Assembly: GCA_035533595.1 (NCBI GenBank)
Contig: DATLTN010000031.1
Location: 14,363 to 78,362 of the forward strand
Origin: Acidimicrobiales bacterium
GTDB taxonomy: Bacteria; Actinomycetota; Acidimicrobiia; Acidimicrobiales; Bog-793
Direction: 5' to 3'
DNA: 64,000 nt
Below are positions 27,252 through 36,498 of this stretch, one piece after another (positions within the stretch are counted from its first letter, which is position 1; each line of letters begins with the position of its first letter). The translations under genes were made by a program, and so were the position numbers. The notes under the pieces were generated by a model. That model was given only the letters and a program-made list of their open reading frames with translations. It had not been told where the DNA came from and searched no databases.

Positions 27252-28378
27252 TCGTCCTCGCGCTGCGGCGCGTCGGGATCGAACTCGACGGTGCGGTCAC
27301 GCGACTCGGCGGCCATCTGGCGGAGCGCCTCGCGGCGCGTCCCCCGCTCGGCGCGCAGCGACAGGTAGGCGCCGGCGCCGACGGGGATCGGCGCCCAGAA
27401 GTTCACGAGCCGCCAGCCGATAACGGCGAGGGTCGCCGTCTTCGCGACGGCGCCGAAGCTCACGAGCAGCAGCGGGACGAGGGTCTCCACCACCCCGAGG
27501 CCGGACGGGGTGAAGGGGAGCGCGGCGAGGACGTTGCCCACCCCCCAGGCGACGAGGACGTAGACGGGGTTCAGGTAGACGTGGAGCGCGGCGAGGAAGC
27601 ACCACAGCGAGGCCGCGTCGAGGAGCCAGTTCACCGTCGCCCAGCGCAGTGCGGCGATCAGCCGGTCGTGGTCGCTCGCGAGGGCCCGGAGCGCCCCGCC
27701 GATGTGGCGGACGATGCGCTCGAGGCCGTCGGGGGTGACTCGCGGCACCTTGGCCCCGAGCCCGCGCACGAGGCGCACCGCCCGCTCCTCGCCGCGGGTG
27801 AAGAAGAAGACGATCGCCGCGAAGGCGAGCAATACGAAGGTGCCGACGAGGGCGGCGAGCACGTAGACGGGGTGCACCCCGGCAAAGGGGATCGAGACCA
27901 CGAGCGCGAACCAGAGCAGCACGTTCAGCACGACCGCCGAGCCCATGCCCTGCGTCGCCATCGCGAAGCCGGCGTCCTCGCCGCGCACCCCGTGCGAGGT
28001 GAGCAGCCGGTAGCCGAGGGTCGCCGAGCCGGCCGTCCCGCCCGGCACGACGTGCGCGATCGCGAGGCCGGCGAGGTCGATCCGCCAGAGCACCGAGACC
28101 CCGGGCCCGTCGGCGGGGAGCAGGACCTTGGTGAGCACCGAGTAGGCGAAGAGCGCTCCCGCCTCGACGAGCACGCCGGCGGTGAGCCAGATCGGGTCGA
28201 GGTGCTCGAGGCTGTTGAAGTTGCGGCTGGCGATGATGAACTTCGGGACGACGAGGTACTCGACGACGAGCGCGGTGATGAAGAGGATCACCGGGATGCG
28301 CACGCCGGCGGGGATCTGGTCGCGGAGCTTGCGCTTCGGCTGCGGCGGCTGCGCCTCGGCGCCGAAAGCGCCGCTCAC
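27242..28378 (-). CDS. Flippase-like / lysylphosphatidylglycerol-synthase transmembrane-region family (UPF0104) membrane protein
   Basis: 378 aa, about 8 TM helices. IPVILFITALVVEYLVVPKF...LFAYSVLTKVLLP...HVVPGGTAGSATLGYRLL. Overlaps the ppx end by 10 nt. Confidence 0.6.
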   Translation of the reverse strand: MSGAFGAEAQPPQPKRKLRDQIPAGVRIPVILFITALVVEYLVVPKFIIASRNFNSLEHLDPIWLTAGVLVEAGALFAYSVLTKVLLPADGPGVSVLWRIDLAGLAIAHVVPGGTAGSATLGYRLLTSHGVRGEDAGFAMATQGMGSAVVLNVLLWFALVVSIPFAGVHPVYVLAALVGTFVLLAFAAIVFFFTRGEERAVRLVRGLGAKVPRVTPDGLERIVRHIGGALRALASDHDRLIAALRWATVNWLLDAASLWCFLAALHVYLNPVYVLVAWGVGNVLAALPFTPSGLGVVETLVPLLLVSFGAVAKTATLAVIGWRLVNFWAPIPVGAGAYLSLRAERGTRREALRQMAAESRDRTVEFDPDAPQREDDQE

Positions 28379-28521
28379 CCGCCTCCGCCCCGCATCGGGA
28401 CATGCTCGCAGATCCCCGACCGGGCGGGCACCTCCCCGCCCCCGCCCCTGGCGCGCCGCTCCTGAGCTGGGTGGCGGCGCAAACCCGTGTGCCGCACCCC
28501 GCCGTCGAGTTCAATGCAGTG

Positions 28522-29658
28522 ATGCCACCGGCCCTGCGACGCCCGTCCTTTGTCCGCCGGCCGCGGCCGGCGAGCGAGCGGAGCCTCGAGCGGCTGGTGG
28601 TGCGGATCTCGATCCAGGTGCTGCTCAGCTCGATCGGGATCCTCGTCCTCGTGCTGCTCGCCTGGCGCCTCCGCCTCCTCCTGCTCCTCATCGCGGCCTC
28701 GCTCTTCGTCGCCGCGCTGATCAACCCCTTCGTCCACGTGCTGATGCGGCGTGGCCTCGGGCGCACCTCCTCGACCTTCGTCGTCTACCTCGTGCTCGTC
28801 GTGGTCGCCGCCGCGCTCGGCTTCGTGCTCGTCGCACCGGTCTACGGCTCGGCCGTGCATTTCGCCTCGGACTTGCCGAACCTCGTCCGCCAGGCCCAGC
28901 AGGGCCGCGGCCCGGTCGGCCACCTCGTCACCCGCCTGCACCTCGCGAACTACGTGGACCAGCACGCGGCGGCGTTCAAGTCGTTCATCACCCGCCTCGG
29001 AAAGCCCGCGCTCTCGGTCGGCAAGACCGTTTTCTCGGGGATCGCGAGCGTGGTGACGATCGCCTTCGTCTCGTTCTTCATCGTCCTCGAGGTCCCGAAG
29101 ATGGTGAACGGCGCGCTGCGCTTCCTGCGCGAGGAGGACGCGGAGGAGTTCCGCCGCATCTCGACGATGATGAGCCGCCAGGTGACCGGCTTCATGCTCG
29201 GCGACCTCGCCACCTCGGTGATCGCCGGCCTCGTCGTGTTCGTCGCGCTGCGCATCACCGGCGTCCCCTTCGCCTCGGTGCTTGCGATCTGGGTCGCCCT
29301 CGTCGACTTCCTCCCGCTCGTCGGCGGCCTGCTCGCGGGGGTGCCGACGGTCGGGGTGGCCTTTTTGCACTCTGTGCCGGCGGGGATCGTGACGGTGATC
29401 GTCTTCCTCGTCTACCAGCAGATCGAGAACCACGTCCTCTACCCGATCGTGATCAGCCGCACCGTGCAGCTGAACCCGCTCGCCGTGCTGCTCGCGGTGC
29501 TGATCGGCGCTGAGGTCGGCGGAATCCTCGGCTCCACCTTCGGCGCGATCTGCGGGGCGATCTTCGCCGTCCCCGTCGCCGGCTCGATCCAGGTCGGCGG
29601 CGGGGAGCTGCTGAAGGCGCGCCTCGGTGACCCCGGGGAAGCAAAGGGCCAGCAGTAG
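28522..29658 (+). CDS. AI-2E family transporter (PerM/UPF0118)
   Basis: Inside ORF 28402..29658, from ATG 28522. ...FLPLVGGLLAGVPTVGVAFLHS...FLVYQQIENHVLYPIVISRTVQLNPLAVLLAVLIGAEVGGILG. Confidence 0.85.
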   Translation: MPPALRRPSFVRRPRPASERSLERLVVRISIQVLLSSIGILVLVLLAWRLRLLLLLIAASLFVAALINPFVHVLMRRGLGRTSSTFVVYLVLVVVAAALGFVLVAPVYGSAVHFASDLPNLVRQAQQGRGPVGHLVTRLHLANYVDQHAAAFKSFITRLGKPALSVGKTVFSGIASVVTIAFVSFFIVLEVPKMVNGALRFLREEDAEEFRRISTMMSRQVTGFMLGDLATSVIAGLVVFVALRITGVPFASVLAIWVALVDFLPLVGGLLAGVPTVGVAFLHSVPAGIVTVIVFLVYQQIENHVLYPIVISRTVQLNPLAVLLAVLIGAEVGGILGSTFGAICGAIFAVPVAGSIQVGGGELLKARLGDPGEAKGQQ

Positions 29659-29661
29659 GGT

Positions 29662-30420
29662 TTGCAGATGCGCGTGCTCGTCGTTCTGCCGACGTTCAAC
29701 GAAGCGGCGAACATCGAGAGGATGCTGCGCGAGGTCCGCAAGCACCTCCCGGACGCCTCGATCCTCGTCGTCGACGACTCGAGCCCGGACGGCACCGCCG
29801 AGATCGCAGAGCGTGCCGGCGGCGAGCTCGGCGCGATCGAGGTCCTCGTCCGCCCCGAGAAGAACGGCCTCGGCCCTGCCTACCGCGCCGGCTTCGCCTG
29901 GGGGCTCGAGCGCGACTACGACGGCTTTGTCGAGATGGACTCCGACTTCAGCCACGACCCCGCTGCCCTCCCCTTGCTCGTCGCTGCCTTTGAGGGTGGT
30001 GCCGAGCTCGTCATCGGCTCGCGCTACGTGCCCGGGGGCTCGATCCCGGACTGGTCGCTCCGCCGCCGCCTGCTCAGCCGCTTCGGCAACCGCTACGCGA
30101 AGGCGCTCCTCGGCCTGCGAGTCGAGGACTCGACGGCCGGTTTCCGCGTCTACGCGGCGTCGCTGCTCCGCCGCATCCCCCTCGACGAGGTGCGCGCCGA
30201 CGGCTACGGCTTCCAGATCGAGATGACTTACCGGGCGCGGCGCGCCGGCGCGCCGATCACCGAGGTGCCGATCCGCTTCGTCGACCGCGTCGAGGGCGAG
30301 TCGAAGATGTCGATGTCCACCGTCACCGAGGCGCTCGCCCTCGTCACGGTGTGGGGACTGCGCCGCCTCGTCGGCTCCGGCCCGCACGGCGCCCGCCCCG
30401 CCGCGGCCAGGGGGCGCTGA
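29662..30420 (+). CDS. ppm1: Polyprenol-monophosphomannose synthase (GT2, Ppm1/Dpm1-like)
   Basis: RVLVVLPTFNEAANIERML...ILVVDDSSPDGTAEIA...GLGPAYRAGFAWGL...FVEMDSDFSHDP...GSRYVPGG. Confidence 0.85.
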   Translation: MQMRVLVVLPTFNEAANIERMLREVRKHLPDASILVVDDSSPDGTAEIAERAGGELGAIEVLVRPEKNGLGPAYRAGFAWGLERDYDGFVEMDSDFSHDPAALPLLVAAFEGGAELVIGSRYVPGGSIPDWSLRRRLLSRFGNRYAKALLGLRVEDSTAGFRVYAASLLRRIPLDEVRADGYGFQIEMTYRARRAGAPITEVPIRFVDRVEGESKMSMSTVTEALALVTVWGLRRLVGSGPHGARPAAARGR

Positions 30421-30459
30421 GCCCCGAGCGGCGCCAACTCCGCGGCGCTCCGAGCCCCC

Positions 30460-30843
30460 TCAGTCGGCCGCGGTGGCGTGCGCGAGCGCCTCGTCGCGGT
30501 CCTCGTAGCCGATGATCTCGCGCACCCCCGCGCTCCCCACGCTGAGCACCTGCCAGCGTTGCTCCTCGCCCACCGCGCCGGGGCGGCCGCGCACGAGGAG
30601 GCCGACGAGGAGGCGCTCGCCGTGCGTCTCGACCTCGGTCACCGACGCGCGCACCCCCGCCGCGTGGGAGCGGCGCCACCAGCTGAGGACGTCGGCGGGG
30701 CTGGTGCACGCCTCAGGGTCGCCGGGGGCGCCCCAGAAGACGTGCGGGTCGAGCAAGCCGCCGAACGCATCGAGGTCCGCGCCCTCGAGGAGCGCCTTCA
30801 CCCGCGGCGCCAGCGCCGCGGCGGTCATCGGTGTTTCGGCCAT
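30460..30843 (-). CDS. NTF2-fold (SnoaL-like) small protein
   Basis: Inside ORF 30460..30897. ATG 30843 is preceded by GGAGG. MAETPMTAAALAPRVKALLEGADLDAFGGLLDPHVFWGAPGD...VTEVETHGERLLVGLLVRG. The fold call is from general pattern only. Confidence 0.5.
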   Translation of the reverse strand: MAETPMTAAALAPRVKALLEGADLDAFGGLLDPHVFWGAPGDPEACTSPADVLSWWRRSHAAGVRASVTEVETHGERLLVGLLVRGRPGAVGEEQRWQVLSVGSAGVREIIGYEDRDEALAHATAAD

Positions 30844-31247
30844 CGCGCCTCCCGGTGCTCGTGATCGTCGGTCATCGCCGAACTCGCTCGCCGCCATTGT
30901 CGCCGCCCCGGTTGCATCGCGCGCTGCTCGGAGTGCCGAGGAGCTGGAGCGCCTCGGCGCGCCTGCTCGAGCAGAGGCCGCGGCGACGACGCCGCAGATC
31001 CTCAGCCGCGCGCGGCGGGTGCCGTTGCTTGGCTCGTTTGGTGCGGCATCGGCAGCGACTCAGTGCCACCGCCACCTTGCGCGCCCAAGCCATGCTGAGC
31101 GCGACGCACCTTTCGCCCGAGAGGCCCTTGTCTTCCACGCGGGTGGCTGATCGCCTCGCTCGCGACGGTCCAGGTTCGCGCGGCGTCACTAGTCTTCACG
31201 CGATGAGGGCTTGGCTCGAGTCCCGCGCCGGCGAGTGCTCGTAGGAC

Positions 31248-32834
31248 GTGGGCGGCACCTCGCGGGAAGCGCCGTCGAGAGGGCGAGCCTTACTCGCCCT
31301 CGGTCTGTTGACCCTCGCGCTCCAAGCGGCGTCGCCGTTGGACGCGGGAGGGAGTGTCGCTGGTCATGTGCGACAAGCGACGGGAATTGCGGTCACGGGG
31401 GCCTTCGACCTTCCAACCCTTGACGTCTCGCAACCGACTGCATCCGTCGCCGCGAACTTCCCCATTTTCGACCTCATCTACGGGACCCTCTTCACTGTCG
31501 GGGCCGGCGGCGTCATCCAGCCGGCTCTCGCCCTCGGGTACAAGCTGAGTCGAGATCACAGGAGTGTCACGCTCTTTCTCCGGCCGCACCTGACCTTTCA
31601 GGACGGCACCCCTCTCGACGCACGAGCGGTGGCATGGAACATCAATCGCGACCGACTGGCCACGGCCGGTCCTTCTTGTCGAGTCCCGCTCGCCGATCTC
31701 GAAGGCGTGGCGACGCTGTCCCCCGTGAAGGTCGTGTTGGTGTTTCGGCACCCGTACGCGCCGATCATCTCCTCGCTCGCCACCGGGTGTCCGGGAATGA
31801 TGGCTTCGCCTACCGCCGTCAGCTCCGAAGGGGAGCAGCAGTTCGGCGATGCGCCCGTCGGCGCCGGCCCGTATCGGCTCTTGCAGTACGGACAGCCGTA
31901 TTCCGTCACCGTTGTCCGCTGGGCGGCGTACTGGGATGCGCGCCGCACGCACGCGAGCACGATTTCCTTTCGGAACTCGACCGACCCGAGCACCTCGATC
32001 GGCGGGATCGAGTCCGGAGGCACGCAGCTCTACGTGGACCCCGGCCTCGGCAGCTTGGCCTTCGCAAGGTTGGACCCCCACTATCTGAAGGTCGTGGCCC
32101 TGGCTGCGACGAGTTTTGTCGCCTTCCTCCCCGACGTGAGGACCGCGCCGTTTGACAACGAGCAAGCCCGCAAGGCCGTCGCGTACGCGCTCGACGCGAG
32201 ATCGATCAACAGCCAGGTCTTCGACGGGCTCGAGCGGCCGTCGGCGTCGATTTTCGGGACCGGGGACAGCAATTACCTCGGCACGAGCATTCCTGGAGCA
32301 CCGGCGTACGATGCGCCCCAGGCAGTGGAGGCCGTGCAGGGCCTCGGTGGCCTGAGCTTTTCGTACGGCCTTTCGGGGGTCCGCTTCTCGCCGCTTGGCA
32401 CTCGCGCGGTCGCATCGGAGGTCGCCGCCGCGCTGAGCGCACAGTTCTCGGCGGTGGGGATCCACGCGACCGTCGGTGGCATTGCGTCGGGCCCGGGTGC
32501 ATCGGGGCAATCCCCTGCTTCTTACGCCGGACTTGTCCTGCAGTACGGCGGCTTTTCTGATGACGGCATCTACGCGGCGCAATTCTTCCAATCCGACGGC
32601 GCGTTCGCGCACTTTCGCGATCCTCACTTGGATGCACTCGTGGCGCAGGCAAATCGGTCGTTCAGCGCCACAACGAGGACGGCGCTCTTCCGGCGTGCGA
32701 TGTCGTATGTGGATGCGAACGCGTATGTGATTCCGATGTACACCCTCCCGAGGTACTACATCGCCGCGCGTTATCTCGCGGGAATCCCGCGGGGCACACC
32801 GGTGCTGTATCTCGCGAACGCGTATCTGAAATGA
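31248..32834 (+). CDS. ABC-transporter solute-binding protein, family 5 (peptide/nickel type), orphan
   Basis: Signal-like RGRALLALGLLTLALQAASP, then IYGTLFTVGAGGVIQPALALGYKLSRDHRSVTLFLRPHLTFQDGTPLDARAVAWNINR. No permease or ATPase genes adjacent. Confidence 0.8.
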   Translation: MGGTSREAPSRGRALLALGLLTLALQAASPLDAGGSVAGHVRQATGIAVTGAFDLPTLDVSQPTASVAANFPIFDLIYGTLFTVGAGGVIQPALALGYKLSRDHRSVTLFLRPHLTFQDGTPLDARAVAWNINRDRLATAGPSCRVPLADLEGVATLSPVKVVLVFRHPYAPIISSLATGCPGMMASPTAVSSEGEQQFGDAPVGAGPYRLLQYGQPYSVTVVRWAAYWDARRTHASTISFRNSTDPSTSIGGIESGGTQLYVDPGLGSLAFARLDPHYLKVVALAATSFVAFLPDVRTAPFDNEQARKAVAYALDARSINSQVFDGLERPSASIFGTGDSNYLGTSIPGAPAYDAPQAVEAVQGLGGLSFSYGLSGVRFSPLGTRAVASEVAAALSAQFSAVGIHATVGGIASGPGASGQSPASYAGLVLQYGGFSDDGIYAAQFFQSDGAFAHFRDPHLDALVAQANRSFSATTRTALFRRAMSYVDANAYVIPMYTLPRYYIAARYLAGIPRGTPVLYLANAYLK

Positions 32835-32855
32835 AAAGGACAACCACGGAGCGGG

Positions 32856-34004
32856 TCAGAGGATCCCATCACGCACGGCCAGCCAGTCCAACGAATCCGT
32901 GAGGAGAGCCGCGAACACCGAGCCCGTGTGCCCGCCCGGGACCGTCAGGGTCTGCACGTGCATTCCGGCGTGCCGGCACAACGTCGCGGTTCGCTCGATC
33001 TCGCCGAGATAGTACGTGTCGTCGCTTCCCGTCCCGAGCATCGCCCAGGTGCTCGGCCGACGATGGTGAACGAGGATCTGGGCCGGATTGACATTTGCGA
33101 ACTCTCGGGAGTTGCCGTCGAAGGTGGCATCGATCGTCTCCTGCAGCGTGCCGCGCAGTTGCTCGTAGACGCCGGAGAAGTCGAGGAAGGTCGGGAAGAG
33201 CTTCGGGTGGTCGACGGCGAGCTGCCACGCGCACGTCCCGCCGAACGATCCGCCGCCGATCGCCCACGCCGTCGGGTTGTGATCGACGCGCAAATGGGTG
33301 CGCACCCAGTTCGGGACGTCAACGGAGAGGTAGGTGTCTGACTGGCCGAGCTTGGAATTGATGCAGAGCGGGTTCGACAAGAACGAGCCGAGGGCGTCAG
33401 GCATGACTACCACCGGAGCGAGCCCGTGATGGGCAGCCGCGAACCGGTCCATGACGCCGGCAAGGTCGTTCCACTTGAGCCAGTCGTGAGAGGTGCCAGG
33501 CTGACCGCCGATGAGCTCGAGGACGGGCAGCAGCGGGGGCTCTGAGGTGAGATAGGCGGGCGGGAGGTACAGCCAAGCAGCTCGTGCCGCGAACTTCGAG
33601 ATCCGTCCGGAGATGGTGACCTCGACCACCTGGCCTGCTGCTGGAAGGTCCGACGGTGGTCGCCAGTCCTCGAACAGCGAACGTGCAGGTCGTGGGGCAG
33701 CGCGTCCGCGCCTGATCGACTGTGCAGCCGTCGCCCCATTGGCGGAGCTCGTGTTCGTCACTACGAGGAGGGTGAGCACGATCGCGAGGCCCGCCGGTGC
33801 CCATCGGCGCCGCGCCGCGACGTGCCTCCGGATGAGACGTGCAAAATCGCGCCAAGCGGGGCTGCGAAAGGATGCGCCGCAGGCCCTGGTGCCACGCTCG
33901 GCGGGTGCCCGCCGCTGCCCACTCGACTGGCAATCGCGACAGTGACGAGCACGAACCGCTGGGCTTCGGGCTAGTGCCGTGTAGGGCTGTTCAACGATTT
34001 GCAT
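32856..34004 (-). CDS. Secreted alpha/beta-hydrolase, 'putative esterase' family (esterase D / antigen-85-like)
   Basis: WLYLPPAYLTSEPPLLPVLELIGGQPGTSHDW...VVVMPD...TAWAIGGGSFGGTCAWQLAVDHPKLF, with the nucleophile elbow G-G-S-F-G. The start is uncertain; the TM/signal segment is WAPAGLAIVLTLLVV. Confidence 0.7.
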   Translation of the reverse strand: MQIVEQPYTALARSPAVRARHCRDCQSSGQRRAPAERGTRACGASFRSPAWRDFARLIRRHVAARRRWAPAGLAIVLTLLVVTNTSSANGATAAQSIRRGRAAPRPARSLFEDWRPPSDLPAAGQVVEVTISGRISKFAARAAWLYLPPAYLTSEPPLLPVLELIGGQPGTSHDWLKWNDLAGVMDRFAAAHHGLAPVVVMPDALGSFLSNPLCINSKLGQSDTYLSVDVPNWVRTHLRVDHNPTAWAIGGGSFGGTCAWQLAVDHPKLFPTFLDFSGVYEQLRGTLQETIDATFDGNSREFANVNPAQILVHHRRPSTWAMLGTGSDDTYYLGEIERTATLCRHAGMHVQTLTVPGGHTGSVFAALLTDSLDWLAVRDGIL

Positions 34005-34047
34005 CCGTCCCCAACTCGCACAGAAGAACTAGCTTCGGACCTCGACG

Positions 34048-34905
34048 ATGTCAACCTTCGCATGCCGCGCCGGTCGGAGGCGCTCAATGGCACGGCACGA
34101 CGGCGCGAGCCGCGACCCTGGTACCGAGACTCCCCTCGAGCAGCGCGCCGAGATGCGACAACGAGGCGGTCGTCTGCGTGCGAGGTCCTTGGCGGTGGGG
34201 AGACTTGGCGCGCGATGGCGCCCCGCCGCCGTCTTCCTCGCCACCGCGATCGCGGTGATCCTGCTTGCGGCACCGCGCCCGGTGGCGGCGACGGGATCGG
34301 CCAGCAAGGCGCGGGTCGTCGTGGCGCTTGGCGATTCGATCACGTCAGGGTTTGGCCTCGAGGATCCGTCGACCGAGAGCTGGCCGGCACAAGCACAGGC
34401 GCTCTCTGACGGCAGGTACGTCTTTGTCAATCAAGGGGTGGCAGGCGACGAGCTGGCAACGGCGGCCGGCCGAGTGTCGCCGGGGTGGCCGCCCATGCAG
34501 GTCCGACTGAGGGCGGCCCTCGCGCATCATCCCTGGTGCGTCGTCCTGCTCGGAGGCGCAAATGATGTCGGCATCGTCTCGGTGGAGACCGATGAAGCAG
34601 CGATCAGAGCGATGACAGACACCATTGTCGCTGCCGGCTCACGATTCGCGGTCGTGACCATCACCCCTCTCGCTGCGCCAGCCATTCGGCCCCACGGCTA
34701 CCCGGCATTCGCGAACCGCCTCAATAGCTGGATTCTCCAGACGTATCCCGGTCGCACCGTGAACTACTGGAAGTACATGACGGGCGACTCCGGGACCAGG
34801 ATGCTCAGTGCGTTGAACTCCGGAGACGGCATTCACCCCAACGAGGCCGCTGCGCATTGGCTCGCATTGCATGTGCTCGCGCTCTTGGGGTCCCCGTCGA
34901 TCTAG
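34048..34905 (+). CDS. SGNH/GDSL-family hydrolase (lipase/esterase)
   Basis: Block I VVALGDSITSGFG, block III LLGGANDVG, block V GDGIHPNEAAAHW. N-terminal signal/TM AAVFLATAIAVILLAAP. The start could be an internal ATG. Confidence 0.8.
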   Translation: MSTFACRAGRRRSMARHDGASRDPGTETPLEQRAEMRQRGGRLRARSLAVGRLGARWRPAAVFLATAIAVILLAAPRPVAATGSASKARVVVALGDSITSGFGLEDPSTESWPAQAQALSDGRYVFVNQGVAGDELATAAGRVSPGWPPMQVRLRAALAHHPWCVVLLGGANDVGIVSVETDEAAIRAMTDTIVAAGSRFAVVTITPLAAPAIRPHGYPAFANRLNSWILQTYPGRTVNYWKYMTGDSGTRMLSALNSGDGIHPNEAAAHWLALHVLALLGSPSI

Positions 34906-34920
34906 TCGCGCGGTTAGGCC

Positions 34921-35175
34921 TCACGCCGAGTTTGATTGGGCATTGATGGTGTAGTTCCACTCACCGTGGAACTCGTGCGGTTCGAGAGCAAGAGCGGCGA
35001 GCTCGGCATCGGTGATCTTGACGCCCTTCGGATACCAGTTCGAGTCGTAGTCGGCCTGGATGGTGAGCCCGGTGGTGGTCGTTGTCGCGGAGATGAGCTC
35101 GATGACCGTGCGCAGCGAGGTGAGCGGCCGTCCTCGCCAGTTCATGGTGATGAAGCTGAACATCCGGTGCTCGAT
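34921..35175 (-). pseudogene. ISAzo13 transposase, C-terminal fragment (IEHRMFSFITMNWRGRPLTS...HEFHGEWNYTI)
   Basis: Part of ORF 34921..35202. It continues the ...TSKWNK end of the 36711..37118 fragment. The leading MSGNRISPQ residues are read from IS110 DNA. Confidence 0.85.
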
Positions 35176-35265
35176 CTGGGGTGAAATGCGGTTCCCACTC
35201 ACGACGCGACGGCGCGCGCATCCAGGGTGCGGGGCGGAGCCCCGCTCGGGACGACGTCCCGATCT

Positions 35266-36498
35266 TTAGCTGGCGGGAGTGAAGGTGACCCGGTGGCCGA
35301 GCGCCTCCAGCTGACGGACGAGGCGAGCGGCCTCACGATCGGGATCGTGGCGACGCTCGAAGTAGTCGCTGCCGAGGTCTTCGAAGCGAACGCCGGTGGT
35401 GAGGAGATGCCAGACAAGGCAGAGCAAGCTGTGCGCGACGGCGACCGCGGCCTTGTTCGGTCCGCGCCGCCGAGCGATCTGGCGGTATTGCGCGCCGAAG
35501 TAGCTGCCCTTCACCCGCACGGCCGCCCGCGCCGCTTCAATGAGTGCCCGACTAAGCCAAGGATTGCCCGCGGTCGTCGCCACGCGGCGCCGCTTGCCGG
35601 CGGACTCGTGGTTGCCCGGAGAGAGCCCCGCCCAGGAAGAAAGGTGCTCGGGGGTGGGGAAGCGGCTCATGTCCGCTCCGGTCTCGGCGATCACGACGTC
35701 GATCGTTCGTCGGTCGAAGCCTGGAACGGGCGTCAAGAGCTCCATCACGGGCTGGTAGGCGGCGGTGCGCTGGTCGATCTGCTCGCTCAGGGTCGCGATC
35801 GTCTGGTCGAGGAAGTCGACGTGATCGAGGATCTGGCGCGCGGCGATGGCATGGTGCGGGCCGAAATGACCATCGAGCGCCTCTTCGAGCTCGGCGATCC
35901 TCGGCCGCAGCTTGCCCTTTGCGAGCTGCGCAAGGGTGGCCGAGTCGCGCTCTCCTTCGATCAGCGCCTCGATCATCGCCCGGCCTGACTGGGTGAGCAC
36001 CTTTGAAGCAACGGAGGTGAGCTTCACACCAGCGTCCTGGAGCACCTTTTCGAGCCTCGCGATCTCCGCGCCTCGGATGTCGATCTCGCGCTTGCGATAC
36101 CGAGTGAGCTCGCGAAGTTCGCGGATTGGCCGCGACGGGACGAAGCTCGGACGCACCATGCCGTGTGCGGCGACGTCCGCGAGCCACTCCGAGTCGGAGA
36201 GGTCCGTTTTGCGGCCAGGGACGTTCTTCACGTGGTGGGCGTTGCACAACCAGCACTCGAAACGCTCCTCGAGGGCGTAGTAGACCGCCTTCCAATAGAC
36301 GCCGGTTGCCTCCATCGCGACGAGCGCGACGGCTCGCTCGGCGAGGAAGCGCTCGAGGTCAACGAGGCCCAAACGTGTCGTCTTGAAGCGAGCCTTGTCC
36401 GTCACCGTGCCGCCACGCGGGCCAGGCTGGCGAACACAGGCGACGACCGTGTCCCGATGGACATCGAGTCCAGCAACCCGGTCGTGGATCTGTTCCAT
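35266..36498 (-). CDS. IS110-family DEDD transposase/recombinase
   Basis: Inside ORF 35266..36633, from ATG 36498 preceded by AAAGGAGAG. MEQIHDRVAGLDVHRDTVVACV...VAMEATGVYWKAVYYAL...NAHHVKNVPGRKTDLSDSEWLA...LSSWAGLSPGNHESAGKRR. Confidence 0.9.
   Translation of the reverse strand: MEQIHDRVAGLDVHRDTVVACVRQPGPRGGTVTDKARFKTTRLGLVDLERFLAERAVALVAMEATGVYWKAVYYALEERFECWLCNAHHVKNVPGRKTDLSDSEWLADVAAHGMVRPSFVPSRPIRELRELTRYRKREIDIRGAEIARLEKVLQDAGVKLTSVASKVLTQSGRAMIEALIEGERDSATLAQLAKGKLRPRIAELEEALDGHFGPHHAIAARQILDHVDFLDQTIATLSEQIDQRTAAYQPVMELLTPVPGFDRRTIDVVIAETGADMSRFPTPEHLSSWAGLSPGNHESAGKRRRVATTAGNPWLSRALIEAARAAVRVKGSYFGAQYRQIARRRGPNKAAVAVAHSLLCLVWHLLTTGVRFEDLGSDYFERRHDPDREAARLVRQLEALGHRVTFTPAS

Noticed and set aside
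30844-31247. Looked for a tRNA, small RNA or integrase remnant at the left edge of the lower-GC block. The track ORFs here are 30872..31189 (-), 30831..31244 (+) and 31002..31199 (-).
   Set aside because: No cloverleaf-like segments or T-loop/anticodon features are recognisable by eye, and the ORF translations are junk. I left the region unannotated and flagged it for BLASTX.
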